NCBI GenBank assembly: GCA_009103225.1
Contig: RHPI01002090.1
Location: 480,652-544,651 of the forward strand
From: Chlorokybus atmophyticus
Taxonomy: Eukaryota; Plantae; Mesostigma and Chlorokybus algae
Reading direction: 5' to 3'
DNA length: 64,000 nucleotides
Position numbers and translations under genes: made by a program. Shown in pieces: positions 62,241-64,000 of this stretch (its first letter is position 1; the number at the start of each line of letters is the position of its first letter). The notes beneath the pieces are model-generated. The model was not told the origin of the DNA. It saw only the letters and a list, made by a program, of their open reading frames with translations, and ran no database searches.

Positions 62241-64000
62241 TGTGCGTGCATGCTTGAGTAAACGTGTGCTGATTGGTTTGGATGTGATTGCCATACCCTA
62301 CGCATGCGTGCGTGCATGCGTGCGTGCGCGTTGGTTGGAGCTGTGTGGGCCCGTGGGCGAGAGCGCGTGTGAGTGGCGTCTATATCAGCGTGCAAGCTGA
62401 CACAACAGTGTGGAACTGTAACGGTGTGGAACGTAAGGATTGCACTGCAGACCATGTACATAGGCAAGTCTCATGGACTGACTGATTGACCGATAAACCC
62501 GTGCCCACCCACAACAAGGCAATGCGTACATGTGTACTACAGAAGTGGTAAGGGGAAGGGGGGAGTTCGTGCAAAGTCCATTATGCACATAACCCATTGG
62601 GTTAATTTCTTTGCTGTCTTCCACAAAGAACACGTACATGTGTGTAATAGTTGAGGTTGAGTTGTGTTTGCTGGTGGTCATGACGAATGTATGAACTGCT
62701 GTTGGTCTATGTATCAAATTTCCTCATCTACTCGATCTGCTGACCTTTGTGATTAGTCGACTCTACACATAGCAAGAACATCGAGACAATCTCTCCTTAT
62801 TTGCCCTTTAGCGCTATAACGTCACCGGCGCCATGTATGAATCATGTCACAAAGTTTGGTGTGCACCCAACATAATTAAATGCATGCTTGATTTGGTTGG
62901 TAATTACCAACATAAGGCACAACCAAAGTTGGAAATACACGCAATTGCAGCAGACTATTACTTGTACATCTTACCACACCGTACACACGCGTATGCAGCG
63001 CACACAAATTCACAAGCCTAGCAATACACATGCGGTTGCAAAGACCATCCATACACGTGTACATGTACGGTTGCGCATAGTGACGGCGCTACGGGGCTGT
63101 CAGATTGAAATTGTGATATTGTGTGTGCTTGCACATGTATTGATGATTATCCTATATACCCTAGCACTTTCTGACGGCCTTATATGATAGTGGTTCTTGA
63201 CTACATATACACCACAAGTATTCTGACTGCTATCACTCATGACCAACACGGCTAGCATGACCAACATGCATGTTCCAACGGTCATGTTGCAGTCATTTTT
63301 GAGATGCAGGCGTTGTGCCGAAACCATAAGAGTGCACCAGCTGCAGTGGACAGCTTCCCGCATGGCAACTGTCTCACTGTGGCGTTGCTTGCTTAGGTGC
63401 GGACTTTGAGTGTGGTGGTGGGCAGTGAGCTACTTCAATATATACATACTTCAAGCTGGCCCACCAGTGGTGATCTTGGTCAATGTCTGTTGTGTGTAGG
63501 GGGTTGGGCCAAATCGTGTTGCAGTGACTCGTTGATGTATGCTTGCTGATTTGTGACGGTTGAATGAAAGCAAGCACTGTGTGAAGTGGCCATTGCGATA
63601 TGATGTTATATACACACTCGCTGGCTCTCACGACGCCATCTGCGAGAACGCCGCATCTCCGTGGTAGGATGTAAGGGCACGATGCCTAGCCCAACACTGG
63701 TGTCACTGCATATCATATCATGACTGCCATTACCTGCGCTCTTTTATAACGATTAAGTTTTATTATATAGGAAGTATGAGTACGCACTTGTTGTATGGCA
63801 ACCACTCATTGTCATTATATGCGCGAACTCTTCTAGCCGCCAATGCTCCGCCCCTTGCTCCAGGTTGCGCGCAAAGGCGCAGCACATGCTGAAAGTCCTT
63901 GCCAGCCATGCGTTTCCATTGCAACAACTGAAAAGTTGCACATACTGAGCACTCACACGTGACCACGCACATAAACTCCCACCAAACAAACCAACAAACC

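Overview
Eukaryotic, intron-containing DNA of roughly 50% GC, most consistent with a streptophyte green alga (Chlorokybus/Klebsormidium-like; inferred from gene content, not proven). There are several N gaps and poly-G/C runs. Six host genes can be assembled by eye: a type-B response regulator (REC + GARP, first intron GC-AG), a Zn-dependent alcohol dehydrogenase, ARGLU1, a 46-aa two-exon wound-inducible basic protein missed by the ORF track, a UBP1-associated (UBA2-type) RRM protein, and a type I membrane protein with a Cys-rich ectodomain. The rest is mostly mobile DNA. It includes three CRE-like (RT + restriction-like endonuclease) non-LTR copies, two antisense Penelope-like (Naiad/Chlamys-type) RT thumb remnants, and two Ty3/Gypsy elements with a Gag-protease-C5 DNA methyltransferase-RT-RNaseH-integrase-PHD polyprotein. 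The best signal is the terminal architecture of these Gypsy elements. They do not have two ordinary LTRs but split direct repeats (L-s ... PPT-s-X-gc-L-s-X) with an internal palindromic end-to-end junction (..GACA-GC-TGTC..), a 4-bp TSD, no tRNA PBS and a perfect 15-nt self-priming complement 32 nt behind a TATA box. The 3' structure is reproduced in two sequence-divergent copies. All alignments and identities were judged by eye; no searches were run.
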